DNA from: Eggerthellaceae bacterium
GTDB taxonomy: Bacteria > Actinomycetota > Coriobacteriia > Coriobacteriales > Eggerthellaceae
DNA length: 64,000 nucleotides
Assembly: GCA_030524475.1 (NCBI GenBank)
Contig: JAUNGO010000002.1
Span: 4,142 to 68,141, forward strand
Reading direction: 5' to 3'
Below are positions 37,902 to 48,247 of the stretch, one piece after another (position 1 is the stretch's first letter; every line of letters starts with the position of its first letter). A model generated the notes under the pieces. It saw only the letters and a program-made list of their open reading frames with translations. It was not told the DNA's origin and did not search any database. Both the position numbers and the translations under genes were made by a program.

Positions 37902-38139
37902 CCAAGCCCCGCGCCGCGCGCCCCTTCCCCTTCCGCGCGCATCGCCCGATGTCGGTCTTTCTCGTGGTCACGCGGCACGAACGGCATGGGTTCGCCACAC
38001 GAACGGTTGGGCGGAAACAAACCCCCGTCCCTTAAAATAATATGGTTAAGGAATGTCGGGGGAGCGACTTTCCGTGCGCACGCGCATGCACGCGTTTCGC
38101 ACGCGGAAAGCGACCCCCGGCTCGGCGAAAGGGACGGCC

Positions 38140-40254
38140 ATGGCGAACACGCACAGCACGACAGAAGTCGCAGCGCGCGGCAGGGCACAGAAGACGTGGC
38201 ACGGCGCGCTTTCACTTGCGCTGGCGGCGGCGCTCGCGGCGTTCCTTACCCCCGCGGCGGCGTTCGCCGACGACGCATCGAGCGCCGATGAGCAGGCGCA
38301 GAAGCAAACCCAAGAGCAGCCGCAGGCGCAAGAAGGCGCCAACACCGCTAATATCGAAGACACCGAAGGCGACGCGCCTGAGCAGCTCCAGCTGCTCAGC
38401 GCGCAAAGTCTGGAGGTTTCCGCCCGCACCGCCACACAGGCAACCGTCCCGTATGTCGACGAGCAAGGAACAACTCGGCAGGCGTCGAACGCCGCAACCG
38501 TGACAGCGGAAACGACAGCATGGGGGCAAGGGACAAAGACAACTTGGTACGTCGCCGCGGGCAACGTCACCGTTGACGCCCGCGTGGAGGTCGAGGGGCG
38601 CGTCTGCCTGATCCTTGCCGACGGGGCAACCCTCAACTGCGCTCAAGGCATCCACGTAGGCGTCGACAGCAGCCTCACCGTTTATGGACAGACAAGCGGC
38701 ACAGGAGCGCTCAACGCGACGAGCAACGAAAGGTATTGCGCGGGCATCGGCGGCAACCTCTCCGTCAGCAGCGGAACCGTAACCATCAACGGCGGCACGG
38801 TGAGCGCCACGGGCGGCGACGGCGCTGCGGGCATCGGCAGCGGTTCGGTCGGTGGCAGCAACACAATTATCAACGGCGGCACGGTGCAAGCGACGGGCGG
38901 CTACGGCGCTGCGGGCATCGGAGGCAGTTCGCACGGCAGCGGCAGCATCACCGTCAACGGCGGCACGGTGACGGCGGTAGGCGGCGGTTCGGGCGCAGGG
39001 CTCGGCGGCGGGTCGTACGGCAGCAGCAGCGTGGTCATCAACGGCGGCACGGTGAGCGCAAAGAGCAGCGGCGAATCCGCGGGCATCGGCAGCGGATTGT
39101 CCGGCAGCAGCGACGTCACAATCAACGGCGGCACGATAAGCGCGACGGGCGGCTTCGGATCTGCGGGCGTCGGCAGCGGGTCGCACGGCAGCGGCAGCGT
39201 CACAATCAACGGCGGCACGGTGAGCGCCACGGGCGGCGACGGCGGTGCGGGCGTCGGCAGCGGGTTGTTCGGCAGCAGCGACGTAACTATCAACGGCGGC
39301 ACGGTGGACGCAAGGGGCGACGACGAAGCAGCGGGCGTCGGCAGCGGCAAACAAAGCAGCGACACAACGGTAACCATCAAGGGCGGCATAGTGAACGCGA
39401 CGGGCAATTACCTTACTGCGGCCATCGACGGCAATACGGTAACCATCAGCGGCGGCACGGTGAGTGCGACGGGGCTCGGCGCAAACGCAGCCGTCGGCGG
39501 CGATCCATCCATCGACGGCAACGCCTTCATCGTGGTAAACGGAACCGTCAACAAGAGCAAGCAGAGCAGCTGGAAGGGCATCGTCGTGGAGAACGGCTCG
39601 GGCAAGGTGTACGGAAACGTCGCGCTTGCGACCGACGCCACGCTGCCCTCGGGCTCAACGCTCACCGTGCCCAGCGACTGCACCCTCACCGTGGCGCAAG
39701 GCATAACGCTCACCAACAATGGCACCGTCAACGTGGAGGGAACACTTAGCACGAAAGGCGCGCTCGTCAACAATGGCACCATCAACGCGAACGGAACGCT
39801 TGAAATAGAAGGCACGCTCACCAATGAGAACACCATCAACGTAAATGGGACGCTCAACACAGAAGGCACGCTCGCAGGAGGTGGCAAGGTTGTCTATCCC
39901 GAGCCTGTCAAAGAGGTCGAAGAGGAGGAAGAAGAACCTGCCCCCCGGCCCCGCGCCACAAGCCTTGAGTTTGACGGCGGCGCGGCTGTCAACGCGGCGA
40001 GCGTAGCAGCAGAAACGCAGACGCAGGATCAGGCGGAAGCGCAGAAGTCCACGAAGACGCAATCGTCCTCGGCGGCGTCGGGCGGCTCCGCGGCGAAGTC
40101 GGCGGGCTCAACCCTGCCTGGCGACGTTCCCCTCGCCCAGGAGTCGGCGGGCGGCATCCCCTTCGTCGGCATTTTCGTCGCAGTCGGCGTGTTTATAGCA
40201 GCGGGGCTTTTCATCGCCGCAACCAAAAGGCGCAGCGTGAAGAACCAGGGCTAA
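38140..40254 (+). CDS. Surface protein with glycine-rich (probably beta-helical) repeats and a C-terminal TM anchor
   Basis: Signal peptide ending AFA-DD; about 8 repeats of VTINGGTVSATGG..AGIG; terminal TM followed by KRR. Confidence 0.85.
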   Translation: MANTHSTTEVAARGRAQKTWHGALSLALAAALAAFLTPAAAFADDASSADEQAQKQTQEQPQAQEGANTANIEDTEGDAPEQLQLLSAQSLEVSARTATQATVPYVDEQGTTRQASNAATVTAETTAWGQGTKTTWYVAAGNVTVDARVEVEGRVCLILADGATLNCAQGIHVGVDSSLTVYGQTSGTGALNATSNERYCAGIGGNLSVSSGTVTINGGTVSATGGDGAAGIGSGSVGGSNTIINGGTVQATGGYGAAGIGGSSHGSGSITVNGGTVTAVGGGSGAGLGGGSYGSSSVVINGGTVSAKSSGESAGIGSGLSGSSDVTINGGTISATGGFGSAGVGSGSHGSGSVTINGGTVSATGGDGGAGVGSGLFGSSDVTINGGTVDARGDDEAAGVGSGKQSSDTTVTIKGGIVNATGNYLTAAIDGNTVTISGGTVSATGLGANAAVGGDPSIDGNAFIVVNGTVNKSKQSSWKGIVVENGSGKVYGNVALATDATLPSGSTLTVPSDCTLTVAQGITLTNNGTVNVEGTLSTKGALVNNGTINANGTLEIEGTLTNENTINVNGTLNTEGTLAGGGKVVYPEPVKEVEEEEEEPAPRPRATSLEFDGGAAVNAASVAAETQTQDQAEAQKSTKTQSSSAASGGSAAKSAGSTLPGDVPLAQESAGGIPFVGIFVAVGVFIAAGLFIAATKRRSVKNQG

Positions 40255-40307
40255 ACGCCGCAAGTAATTAAGAGGAACCCGAGAAGTCAACAGCGGAAGG
40301 AACAGGC

Positions 40308-42023
40308 ATGGCAAATACGCGAAACACAGCGGGAGGCGCAACGCGCAGCGCGGCACAAAAGGCGACGCAGAGCGTGCTTTCGCTCGCATTGGCGGCGGCG
40401 CTCGCCACGTTCCTCACCCCTGCGGCGGCGCTCGCGGACGACGCGCAAAGCACCGACGAGCAAGCGCAAATCACAACCAATGAGCAAGCGCAAGGAAGCA
40501 CGAGCGCCGAAAGCGACGCGCAGGACACGCCCGAAGGGCAGAAGCCGAGTGCCCAGAGCGACACCCCCGAGCAGCTCCAATTAACCGACGTGCAAAGCCT
40601 GGAAACCCCCGCCCTCGCCACCCCCAGGATGAGCATCTCGATCGACAAGCCGAACGACACCCCCGAGGTCATACCCATGAGGGAAGAACTGACGACGTGG
40701 GGGCAAAAGGGAACGACACTTCAGTTCATCGCCGAGGGTAACGTCACCATCGACGCCCGCGTGGAGGTCTGGGGAGACGTGCACCTGACCCTTGCCGACG
40801 GGGCGAATCTGATATGCACCGGCGGCATCCACGTCGGCGAGGGCAACAGCCTCACCATCGACGGGCAGGCGAACAACACGGGAACGCTCACCGCCACGGA
40901 CAAGGACAACAACGCGGGTATCGGCGGCAATGCCTTCGCCAACAGCGGAACCGTGACCATCAATGGCGGCACGGTGAACGCGAAGGGCGGCGCAAGCGGC
41001 GCAGGGCTAGGCGGCGGAGTGTCCGGAGAGGAAGACCCTGGCAGCTGCAGCGTAATCATCAACGGCGGCATAGTGAACGCGACGGGCGGCAGTGCGGGCG
41101 CAGGCATCGGCAGCGGCGCGGACGGTAACGGCAACGTAGCCATCACCGGCGGCACGATAAACGCAATGGGTGGCTTCTGCGGCGCGGGAATCGGCGGCGG
41201 GATGAACGGCAACGGCACCGTAACCATCACCGGCGGCACGGTGACCGCGAAGACCGACGGCAACGCCACGGGCATCGGCGGCGGCTGTAACGGCAACGGC
41301 TATGTGACCATCAGCGGCGGTACGGTGAACGCGACGGGCCGCGACGGCCATGCGGGCATCGGCGGCGGCAACGGATCCGTAATCATCGACGGCAACGCCT
41401 TCGTCGTGGCAAACGGCGACAGGGGCAAAAGCGGAATCGACGTCAAAACCAATCAAAATAGCTGGAGGGGCGTCGTCGTGGAGAACGGCTCGGGCAAGGT
41501 GTACGGCAACGTCGCGCTCACGACCGACGCCACGCTGCCTTCGGGCTCAACGCTCACCGTCCCCGCAGGCTCAAGCCTCACCGTGCCGGCGGGCGTGACG
41601 TTCACCAACAACGGCACCGTCAACGTGGAGCTGGATGGAACGTTCAACACGGAAAGCGCGCTCGCAGGCGGCGGCAAGGTAACGTACCTGAAATCCAATC
41701 CTTCAACCGAGCCGGTCTACGTCATTCGCTCCACTGCCAGGAGCATGGAGCTTGACGACGGCGCGGCTGTCAGCGCGGCAAGCGCAGCGACGGAGGTGCA
41801 GGAGCAGCCAGAGAAGCAAGAGAAGGCGCAGGAAAAGGAGTCCTCGTCGGCGTCAGGCAACTCCGCGGCGAAGTCGACGGGCTCAACCTTACCTGGCGAC
41901 GTTCCCCTCGCCCAAGAGTCGACGGGCGGCATCCCCCTCGTCGGCATCTTCATCGCGGTCGGCGTGTTTATAGCAGCAGGGCTTTTCATCGCCGCAGCCA
42001 AAAAGCGCAGCGCGAAGAACTGA
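40308..42023 (+). CDS. Paralogous repeat surface protein with fewer repeats
   Basis: Same signal peptide, repeats and near-identical STLPGDVPLAQES-TM-KKR tail. Confidence 0.85.
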   Translation: MANTRNTAGGATRSAAQKATQSVLSLALAAALATFLTPAAALADDAQSTDEQAQITTNEQAQGSTSAESDAQDTPEGQKPSAQSDTPEQLQLTDVQSLETPALATPRMSISIDKPNDTPEVIPMREELTTWGQKGTTLQFIAEGNVTIDARVEVWGDVHLTLADGANLICTGGIHVGEGNSLTIDGQANNTGTLTATDKDNNAGIGGNAFANSGTVTINGGTVNAKGGASGAGLGGGVSGEEDPGSCSVIINGGIVNATGGSAGAGIGSGADGNGNVAITGGTINAMGGFCGAGIGGGMNGNGTVTITGGTVTAKTDGNATGIGGGCNGNGYVTISGGTVNATGRDGHAGIGGGNGSVIIDGNAFVVANGDRGKSGIDVKTNQNSWRGVVVENGSGKVYGNVALTTDATLPSGSTLTVPAGSSLTVPAGVTFTNNGTVNVELDGTFNTESALAGGGKVTYLKSNPSTEPVYVIRSTARSMELDDGAAVSAASAATEVQEQPEKQEKAQEKESSSASGNSAAKSTGSTLPGDVPLAQESTGGIPLVGIFIAVGVFIAAGLFIAAAKKRSAKN

Positions 42024-42083
42024 CAATCTAAAGGCAGCAAAGCAATTCGGACGGCACAGCATCAAACTCGGAAAGGACCCACC

Positions 42084-44780
42084 ATGAAGCACACACCCCC
42101 GCCCTCCCGCACGCACGCGTCGCGCGCACGCATAAAGGGCGCTCCGCTCAAAGGCGCCTTAAGCCTTGCGCTGGCAGTCTCACTCGCAGGCATCGTGCCC
42201 GCAAGCGCCCTCGCCAACGAGCAAGACGCCATCAACGCGTGGGTCAACGACAGCGAGAGCAAGCAATACGCCTACGGTTCCAGCGGCGGCGACGAGCCTG
42301 TTGACACATCCCTGCCTGATAATTTCGACCTGCGCGAAAAAGGCGTGGTCACCCCCGTCAAGTTCCAAAACCCGTGGGGCACGTGCTGGGGATTCGCCGC
42401 CATCGCCGCCGCAGAGACGAGCATCCTCTCCGAGCTGGGCGTAACGTACGATCAAACCACCTCTGCGGAAAACCCCAACGGGCTCGATCTCTCCGAGCGC
42501 CACCTGTCCTACTTCAGCTACGCGTCCGCGCCCGAGGCGGCAGGCAGCCAAGAGGGCGAGGGCTTTATCAACCCAACAGATAACAAGAACGCTGCATTCA
42601 ACCGCGGCGGCTCGCCCCTGTACGCCACCACCATGTTCTCCGCCGGCATTGGCCCTCTGCCGGAAAACCTCGCCCCCTACCAAGGAGAAAAAGCGGACGG
42701 AAGCATTTGGATTGTATGCAACGCCAAGAGCACTAGCGGCACTGACTGTGGGGCAATCACCATCCGCGAAGAAGAATACGAAGCCAAGAAAGCTGAGTAC
42801 GCGAAGCAGGGCATAACGCTCACCAAGAGCTGCTATGCCAGCACGTACACCGACGACGACGGCAACGCCGGGGTGCCAATCGATTGGTCGCTGAGCGACG
42901 AGCTGTGGAACTTGAGCACCTTCGAGCTTGAGGAAAGCAGCATCCTGCCCGAACTGCGCGTGCTCGACGAAAACGGCAACTACACAGGCTATAGCCAAGA
43001 AGCGATGAACGCCATCAAGCGCGAGCTTGTGGCAGGTCGCGCCGTGTCGACGACGTACTGCAGCGACACCTCCACCCCCGAAGATCTCAACAACAATGAC
43101 TTCCCAGCGAGCTACATGAATTTCGTGGAGAAGAAAGACGGAGCCGTGTACGACGTGGACTGGACCCACTACACGGCCCAAGTAGCCGATATCAACCATG
43201 CCGTGACCATCGTGGGCTGGGACGACGACTATCCTGCCAAAAACTTTAGTGGACTCGGCACCGACGACAAAAAGCACCAACCCCAAGGCAACGGCGCATG
43301 GCTCGTGAAGAACAGCTGGGGTTCCGACACCGAGGACTTCCCCAACAACAATTCCTGGGGCAACGTGGAGAATGGCGTCCACACGGGCTACTTCTGGCTG
43401 TCGTACTACGACCAGTCCATCTCCATGTGCGAGACGTTCGACTTCGACACCGATTCCTACGGCTACCACGACGGCAGCACCTACGACGAAGACGCCAACG
43501 CCCATATGTTCCTGATCGACCAGTACAACTACCTGCTCGTGGACAACGTGCTTGCCTTGGGCACGGAAGACAAGGCTTCCACCGCCAACGTGTTCACCGC
43601 CGAGGAAGACCGCACCGTGCGCACGCTCACCTGCGAAACGGTTAAGCCCGACACCACCGTTACCTACGAGCTTTACCTGCTCGATTCCGCCGACGCCGAC
43701 CCGACTTCCGGCACGCTGGCGTATTCCTACACCACCGACGAGCCCTACGAGTACGGCGGCTACCACCGTCACATCATGCCTGAGGACGCCTGGGTGCCCA
43801 TGCGCGAGGGACAAACCTACGCCGTGGTGGTCACGCAATACTGCGAAACCGACCATCAGTACTACCAAAGCGTTGCTTCCAACCAATACACAGATCTCGA
43901 GATCGACGAAAACGACCCGCAGTGGCAACAAGCGTATGAAGCAGGCTGGAACTTAACGTTGCTGACCTACGTAACCCAGGTGTACAACGAATTGGCTCAA
44001 GATTATGTCAAAAACAACACCGAAGGCATCACCAGCGTTGACGAAATCCCTGCCGATGAGCAGGAGAAGCTCAACGACGAAGCAGCGGAAACGGTAACCA
44101 CCGAGAAGTATTACCTAGATTTACTCGACCAGGGAGCCCAACAGATAGCGAACAACCTCATCCAACAGCAAACCACAAGCTACAACGCCGTGGTGAACGA
44201 GGGTGAAAGCTACACGTGCGTGAACGGGGAGTGGACCGATTGGACGAAGGTCACGCCAACGCTCAAAGCCGAAAACGAGGGCGTCACCTACGACAACTTC
44301 CCCATCAAGGCGTTTGCCGAGGCTCGCGACTGGGCTTCGATCGACACGCTGAGCAGCCTTTTGGCGCGCGTTGAGGCGGCCGAGCAGGCGTTGGCGAACG
44401 TGCGCGTGAGCGTCAACGGCACCGACGTTCCCGCAGGCACGCTTTGGGTCACGCAGGACGCCTACGACGCGCTGGCCGCCGCCATAGCGCACGCGCGCGA
44501 GCTTTTGGCGGGCGCGGGCGACAACTTCACCACCGTGCTGCTTTCCACCACGCCCGGTCAGGCCGACGCCGAGGCGACGCTGACCGCGCTCGAGCAGCAG
44601 CTGGCGGCCTTCAACGGCACGGCTGCCGACGGCAGCGGCGCCACGGACGGCTCACTGCTCGCCAAGACGGGCGACTCGGCGCACGGTGCGGCCACCGCTG
44701 CCGCAGCGCTTGCCGCGCTGGCGGGCGCCGTGGCAATCACGCAGGTGTCGCGCCGCAGGAGCGCACGCCGCAACCGTTAG
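42084..44780 (+). CDS. Sortase-anchored C1 (papain-family) cysteine peptidase
   Basis: QNPWGTCWGF, NHAVTIVGW and WLVKNSWG catalytic motifs; signal peptide; LAKTG, hydrophobic stretch, RRR. Confidence 0.9.
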   Translation: MKHTPPPSRTHASRARIKGAPLKGALSLALAVSLAGIVPASALANEQDAINAWVNDSESKQYAYGSSGGDEPVDTSLPDNFDLREKGVVTPVKFQNPWGTCWGFAAIAAAETSILSELGVTYDQTTSAENPNGLDLSERHLSYFSYASAPEAAGSQEGEGFINPTDNKNAAFNRGGSPLYATTMFSAGIGPLPENLAPYQGEKADGSIWIVCNAKSTSGTDCGAITIREEEYEAKKAEYAKQGITLTKSCYASTYTDDDGNAGVPIDWSLSDELWNLSTFELEESSILPELRVLDENGNYTGYSQEAMNAIKRELVAGRAVSTTYCSDTSTPEDLNNNDFPASYMNFVEKKDGAVYDVDWTHYTAQVADINHAVTIVGWDDDYPAKNFSGLGTDDKKHQPQGNGAWLVKNSWGSDTEDFPNNNSWGNVENGVHTGYFWLSYYDQSISMCETFDFDTDSYGYHDGSTYDEDANAHMFLIDQYNYLLVDNVLALGTEDKASTANVFTAEEDRTVRTLTCETVKPDTTVTYELYLLDSADADPTSGTLAYSYTTDEPYEYGGYHRHIMPEDAWVPMREGQTYAVVVTQYCETDHQYYQSVASNQYTDLEIDENDPQWQQAYEAGWNLTLLTYVTQVYNELAQDYVKNNTEGITSVDEIPADEQEKLNDEAAETVTTEKYYLDLLDQGAQQIANNLIQQQTTSYNAVVNEGESYTCVNGEWTDWTKVTPTLKAENEGVTYDNFPIKAFAEARDWASIDTLSSLLARVEAAEQALANVRVSVNGTDVPAGTLWVTQDAYDALAAAIAHARELLAGAGDNFTTVLLSTTPGQADAEATLTALEQQLAAFNGTAADGSGATDGSLLAKTGDSAHGAATAAAALAALAGAVAITQVSRRRSARRNR

Positions 44781-44801
44781 GCGAGCCGAGGAAGGAGCCG
44801 C

Positions 44802-47588
44802 ATGAGAAAACTTACTCGCACCACCGCCGCGCGCCCGCCGCGCTCCGCACGCCCTGCTTGTGCCGCAGCGCGTCGCCCGCGCGGCGCTGCGGCTCGCGGT
44901 GTCCTTGCCTGCGTGTTGGCGTGCTCGCTTGCCGGCGCCCTGCCCGCCGCAGCCCTCGCAGACGACGCGTCGGCGGCAGCCGCATGGTCGGACGCCGCCG
45001 CGCAAGCAAACAGCCCCGACTACAGCGCGCACGCGTCGAGCGCCGCCGCCCCTGCGGCGTACAGCGCCGAGAGCAGCAACAGCGGCATAGGCGGCGCGAG
45101 CGCGAGCGATTCGAAGTTCGACCTGCGCGACTACGGCGTGGTCACACCCGTGAAGGACCAAACGCCGTGGGGCACGTGCTGGGGCTTTTCCGCCATCGCC
45201 GCCTCGGAAACGAGCATCCTTTCCGAAATCTACCAGCTCAGAGACAGCGGAGAATACTCCGACGCGTACCTTAACGCGCTCGCCGACCTCGCGGGCGACC
45301 TCTCCGAGCGCCACCTTGCCTACTTCGCCTTCAAGCAAGTGCCCGCCGACGAAGGGTCGCAGGCGGGCGAGGGCTTCCGCACCTCAAGCGACGACCCCAA
45401 CTCCATCTTCAACACCGCCGGAGCAGCGTCCTACGCCACCACCCTGTTCTCCGCCGGCATCGGCCCCGTCCTCGAGGAAGACGCGCCCTACCAAAACGAC
45501 GAGGGCTACATGGTGTGCGACATCGTGACCAAGAATAGCGACGGAACCGAAACCAAGGTGCGCTCCAGCACGACGCTTACTCAAGACGAGGTCGACACCC
45601 TGAACAAGAACCTTGAGGAGCGCAACAGCGACCAGAGGGTCGTGCCCGTTTACTACGCCGCCACCATCGTCAATCCAGGCACCGGCGGCACAGTCCACCC
45701 CGAGCTCAACGAGCCGGCGACGTGGGCAGTCGACGACGAGCAATGGAACCGGGGCACGTTCGAGCTTGAGGGCAGCAACATCCTGCCCGAGATGTGCACG
45801 TTCGACGCCAACGGCAACTACGCGGGACCGAGCCAAGAATCGATGGAGGCGGTCAAAAGCGAGCTCGTTCAAGGGCGCGCCGTTTCCATCTTGTTCTACG
45901 CCGACGCCTCAATGCCGAGCGACGGCAGCGACGAGGCTCAGTACCTCAATCAGAAAAACTGGGCGCAATACACCTACGAACCCGTGGGCACGAACCACGC
46001 CGTGACCATCGTGGGCTGGGACGACAATTACGACGTCAGTAACTTCAATTCCGAGCACCAGCCCCCCGCCAAAGGCGCATGGCTCGTGAAGAACAGCTGG
46101 GGCGCGGAAACGGAAGAGTTCCCCAACCACAGCGAGTGGGGCATCGAGGAAAACGGCAAGCACACGGGGTATTTCTGGCTGTCGTACTACGACCAGACCA
46201 TCTCCACGCTCGAAACGTTCGACTTCGACATCGACAGCTACCTGTACACCGACAACGACGAGGGCGAGTACCTGATCGACCAGTACAACTACCTGCCCGA
46301 GGGTAAAACGCTCGCCACGTCGTCTGCCGAGAAGGCGTCTACCGCCAACAAGTTCACCGCCGGGGAAGACCGCGTCGTGCGCACGCTCACCTGCGAGACG
46401 GCGAAGCCGAACACCACCGTCACCTACGAGCTTTATCTGCTCGACTCGCCCGACGCCGACCCGACTTCCGGCACGCTGGCGTACTCCTACACCACCGACG
46501 AGCCCTACGAGTACGGCGGCTATCACCGCCACGTGCTGCCCGAGGACCAGTGGGTACCCATGCGCGAGGGGCAAACCTACGCCGTGGTGGTCACGCAGCA
46601 TTGCGAAACCGACGGCCTGCACTACCAAAGCGTCGGCGGGAACGCGGGCGGCGTGAGCGAAAAGGCCGCTGAAGCGTACCGCGAGATGCTCTACCAGCAG
46701 TGCTACGAATACTATCTGAGCGAGATAACCGCCAAGGAACTTGAGGAGCTCAAGGAGCAGCACGCCGAAGAGTTGGAAAACGGCACGATAACCGAGCTTA
46801 AGCTTGAGGAGCAAGCCGCCGAGGCAGCGCAAACCGAGATCAAAAGCGACGAATACCAAACGCAAATCAACACCGAGGTTGACAAAGCCTTGAGCAACAT
46901 CACGGGCGTCGGCTACAACGCCGTGGTGAACGCCGGCGAAAGCTACACCTTGATCGACGGAACGTGGTCCGACTGGAGCGCGATCAAGGCGAGCGCCGAG
47001 GCGAACAGCGACGGCATGGTCTACGACAACTTCCCCATCAAGGCGTTCGCCGAGGTGCGCGACTGGGCCTCGGTCGACACGCTGAGCAGCTTGCAAGCGC
47101 GCATCGAGGCAGCCGAGCAGGCGCTTGCCAACGTATATGTGAGCGCCGACGGCACCGACGTGCCCGCAGGTGCGCGCTGGGTCACGCAAGATACCTACGA
47201 CGCGCTGGCCGCCGCCATAGCGCAAGCGCGCGAGGTTTTGGCAGGGGCGGGCGACAACTTCGCCACCGAGCTTTTGTCCACCACGCCCAGCCAAGCCGAC
47301 GCCGAAGCGGCGCTGACCGCGCTCGAGCAACAGCTTGCGGCCTTCGACGGCGCAACGCTTATCTCAACATCTAACAGCAGCAATACGTCGGAGAAAACTT
47401 CGACGTTGGCCAAAACAGGCGATGCCACCCCCGGTGTCGCGACGGCAACCGCAGTTCTGGCAGCGTTAGCGGGTGCGCTGGCAGTTTTGAGTGTCCCCCG
47501 CCGTCGCAATCGCCAAAATGGTGTATGCTGCTCGATGGTGTATAAAGCATCGATTCTCAACTCAACCCATTCAGACGAAAGGAACTGA
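44802..47588 (+). CDS. Second sortase-anchored C1 cysteine peptidase
   Basis: QTPWGTCWGF, NHAVTIVGW, WLVKNSWG; LAKTG, TM and RRR, followed by an extra tail. Confidence 0.9.
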   Translation: MRKLTRTTAARPPRSARPACAAARRPRGAAARGVLACVLACSLAGALPAAALADDASAAAAWSDAAAQANSPDYSAHASSAAAPAAYSAESSNSGIGGASASDSKFDLRDYGVVTPVKDQTPWGTCWGFSAIAASETSILSEIYQLRDSGEYSDAYLNALADLAGDLSERHLAYFAFKQVPADEGSQAGEGFRTSSDDPNSIFNTAGAASYATTLFSAGIGPVLEEDAPYQNDEGYMVCDIVTKNSDGTETKVRSSTTLTQDEVDTLNKNLEERNSDQRVVPVYYAATIVNPGTGGTVHPELNEPATWAVDDEQWNRGTFELEGSNILPEMCTFDANGNYAGPSQESMEAVKSELVQGRAVSILFYADASMPSDGSDEAQYLNQKNWAQYTYEPVGTNHAVTIVGWDDNYDVSNFNSEHQPPAKGAWLVKNSWGAETEEFPNHSEWGIEENGKHTGYFWLSYYDQTISTLETFDFDIDSYLYTDNDEGEYLIDQYNYLPEGKTLATSSAEKASTANKFTAGEDRVVRTLTCETAKPNTTVTYELYLLDSPDADPTSGTLAYSYTTDEPYEYGGYHRHVLPEDQWVPMREGQTYAVVVTQHCETDGLHYQSVGGNAGGVSEKAAEAYREMLYQQCYEYYLSEITAKELEELKEQHAEELENGTITELKLEEQAAEAAQTEIKSDEYQTQINTEVDKALSNITGVGYNAVVNAGESYTLIDGTWSDWSAIKASAEANSDGMVYDNFPIKAFAEVRDWASVDTLSSLQARIEAAEQALANVYVSADGTDVPAGARWVTQDTYDALAAAIAQAREVLAGAGDNFATELLSTTPSQADAEAALTALEQQLAAFDGATLISTSNSSNTSEKTSTLAKTGDATPGVATATAVLAALAGALAVLSVPRRRNRQNGVCCSMVYKASILNSTHSDERN

Positions 47589-47589
47589 T

Positions 47590-48030
47590 ATGGAGAAAAG
47601 CACTTCGCAAAAGGGCCTTAAGGTGGTGTCGATCATCACGATCATCATCGCCGTCCTGACCATCCTCGCAAGCCTGATGATTCTTGTCGGCGGTGGCGTT
47701 GCCGGCAGCATGGGCGTCGACACGAACGACCAAGACGCCATCATGCTGGGCGGTCTCGCGATGATTCTGGGTGTTTTTTCCCTCATCGTGGGCGTGTTCG
47801 ACCTGATCGTCGGCATCATGGGCGTGCGCGTTTCCAACAACCCGAGCAAGGTCAAGGGTTTCTGGGTTCTGTGCATCGTCGTTGTGGTGCTCGCGGTTCT
47901 CAACGCCCTTACCACGCTGGGAGCGGGCTCGATCAGCATGGAATCGGTCACGTCCGTCGCCTGCAACCTGGTTCTTCCCATACTTGCGTTGGTGTTCGCG
48001 ACCAACATCAAGAAGGAGCAGAACCTGTAA
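47590..48030 (+). CDS. Small 4-TM membrane protein
   Basis: RBS GAAAGGA; four hydrophobic helices; abuts the peptidase stop codon. Confidence 0.8.
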   Translation: MEKSTSQKGLKVVSIITIIIAVLTILASLMILVGGGVAGSMGVDTNDQDAIMLGGLAMILGVFSLIVGVFDLIVGIMGVRVSNNPSKVKGFWVLCIVVVVLAVLNALTTLGAGSISMESVTSVACNLVLPILALVFATNIKKEQNL

Positions 48031-48169
48031 AGCGCGAAAGCGCAAGCGCTTGCGCGGCGGTCTCACGGCTGTCGCGCAAGCGCAAGCCCAGCGCGCACAT
48101 TGCGCTCGCTTGATTTCAGCGTCGCACACGCACGATCCGAGCGCAATGCACGCGCAACCCCACCCGCAC

Positions 48170-48210
48170 CAAAGCGCCCTCGGCAGCAAACGTTGCCGAG
48201 GGCGCTTTGC
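48170..48210. terminator. Probable bidirectional terminator
   Basis: aaagcgccctcggcagc-aaac-gttgccgagggcgcttt. Confidence 0.7.
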
Positions 48211-48247
48211 GTTGCGGCGCGCTTGCGCTTGCACCAGCGGCAACGCC

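Noticed and set aside
38030-38051. CCTTAA-N10-TTAAGG palindrome upstream of the surface-protein cluster
   Set aside because: It has short arms and a single occurrence. It could be an operator, but the evidence is too weak.
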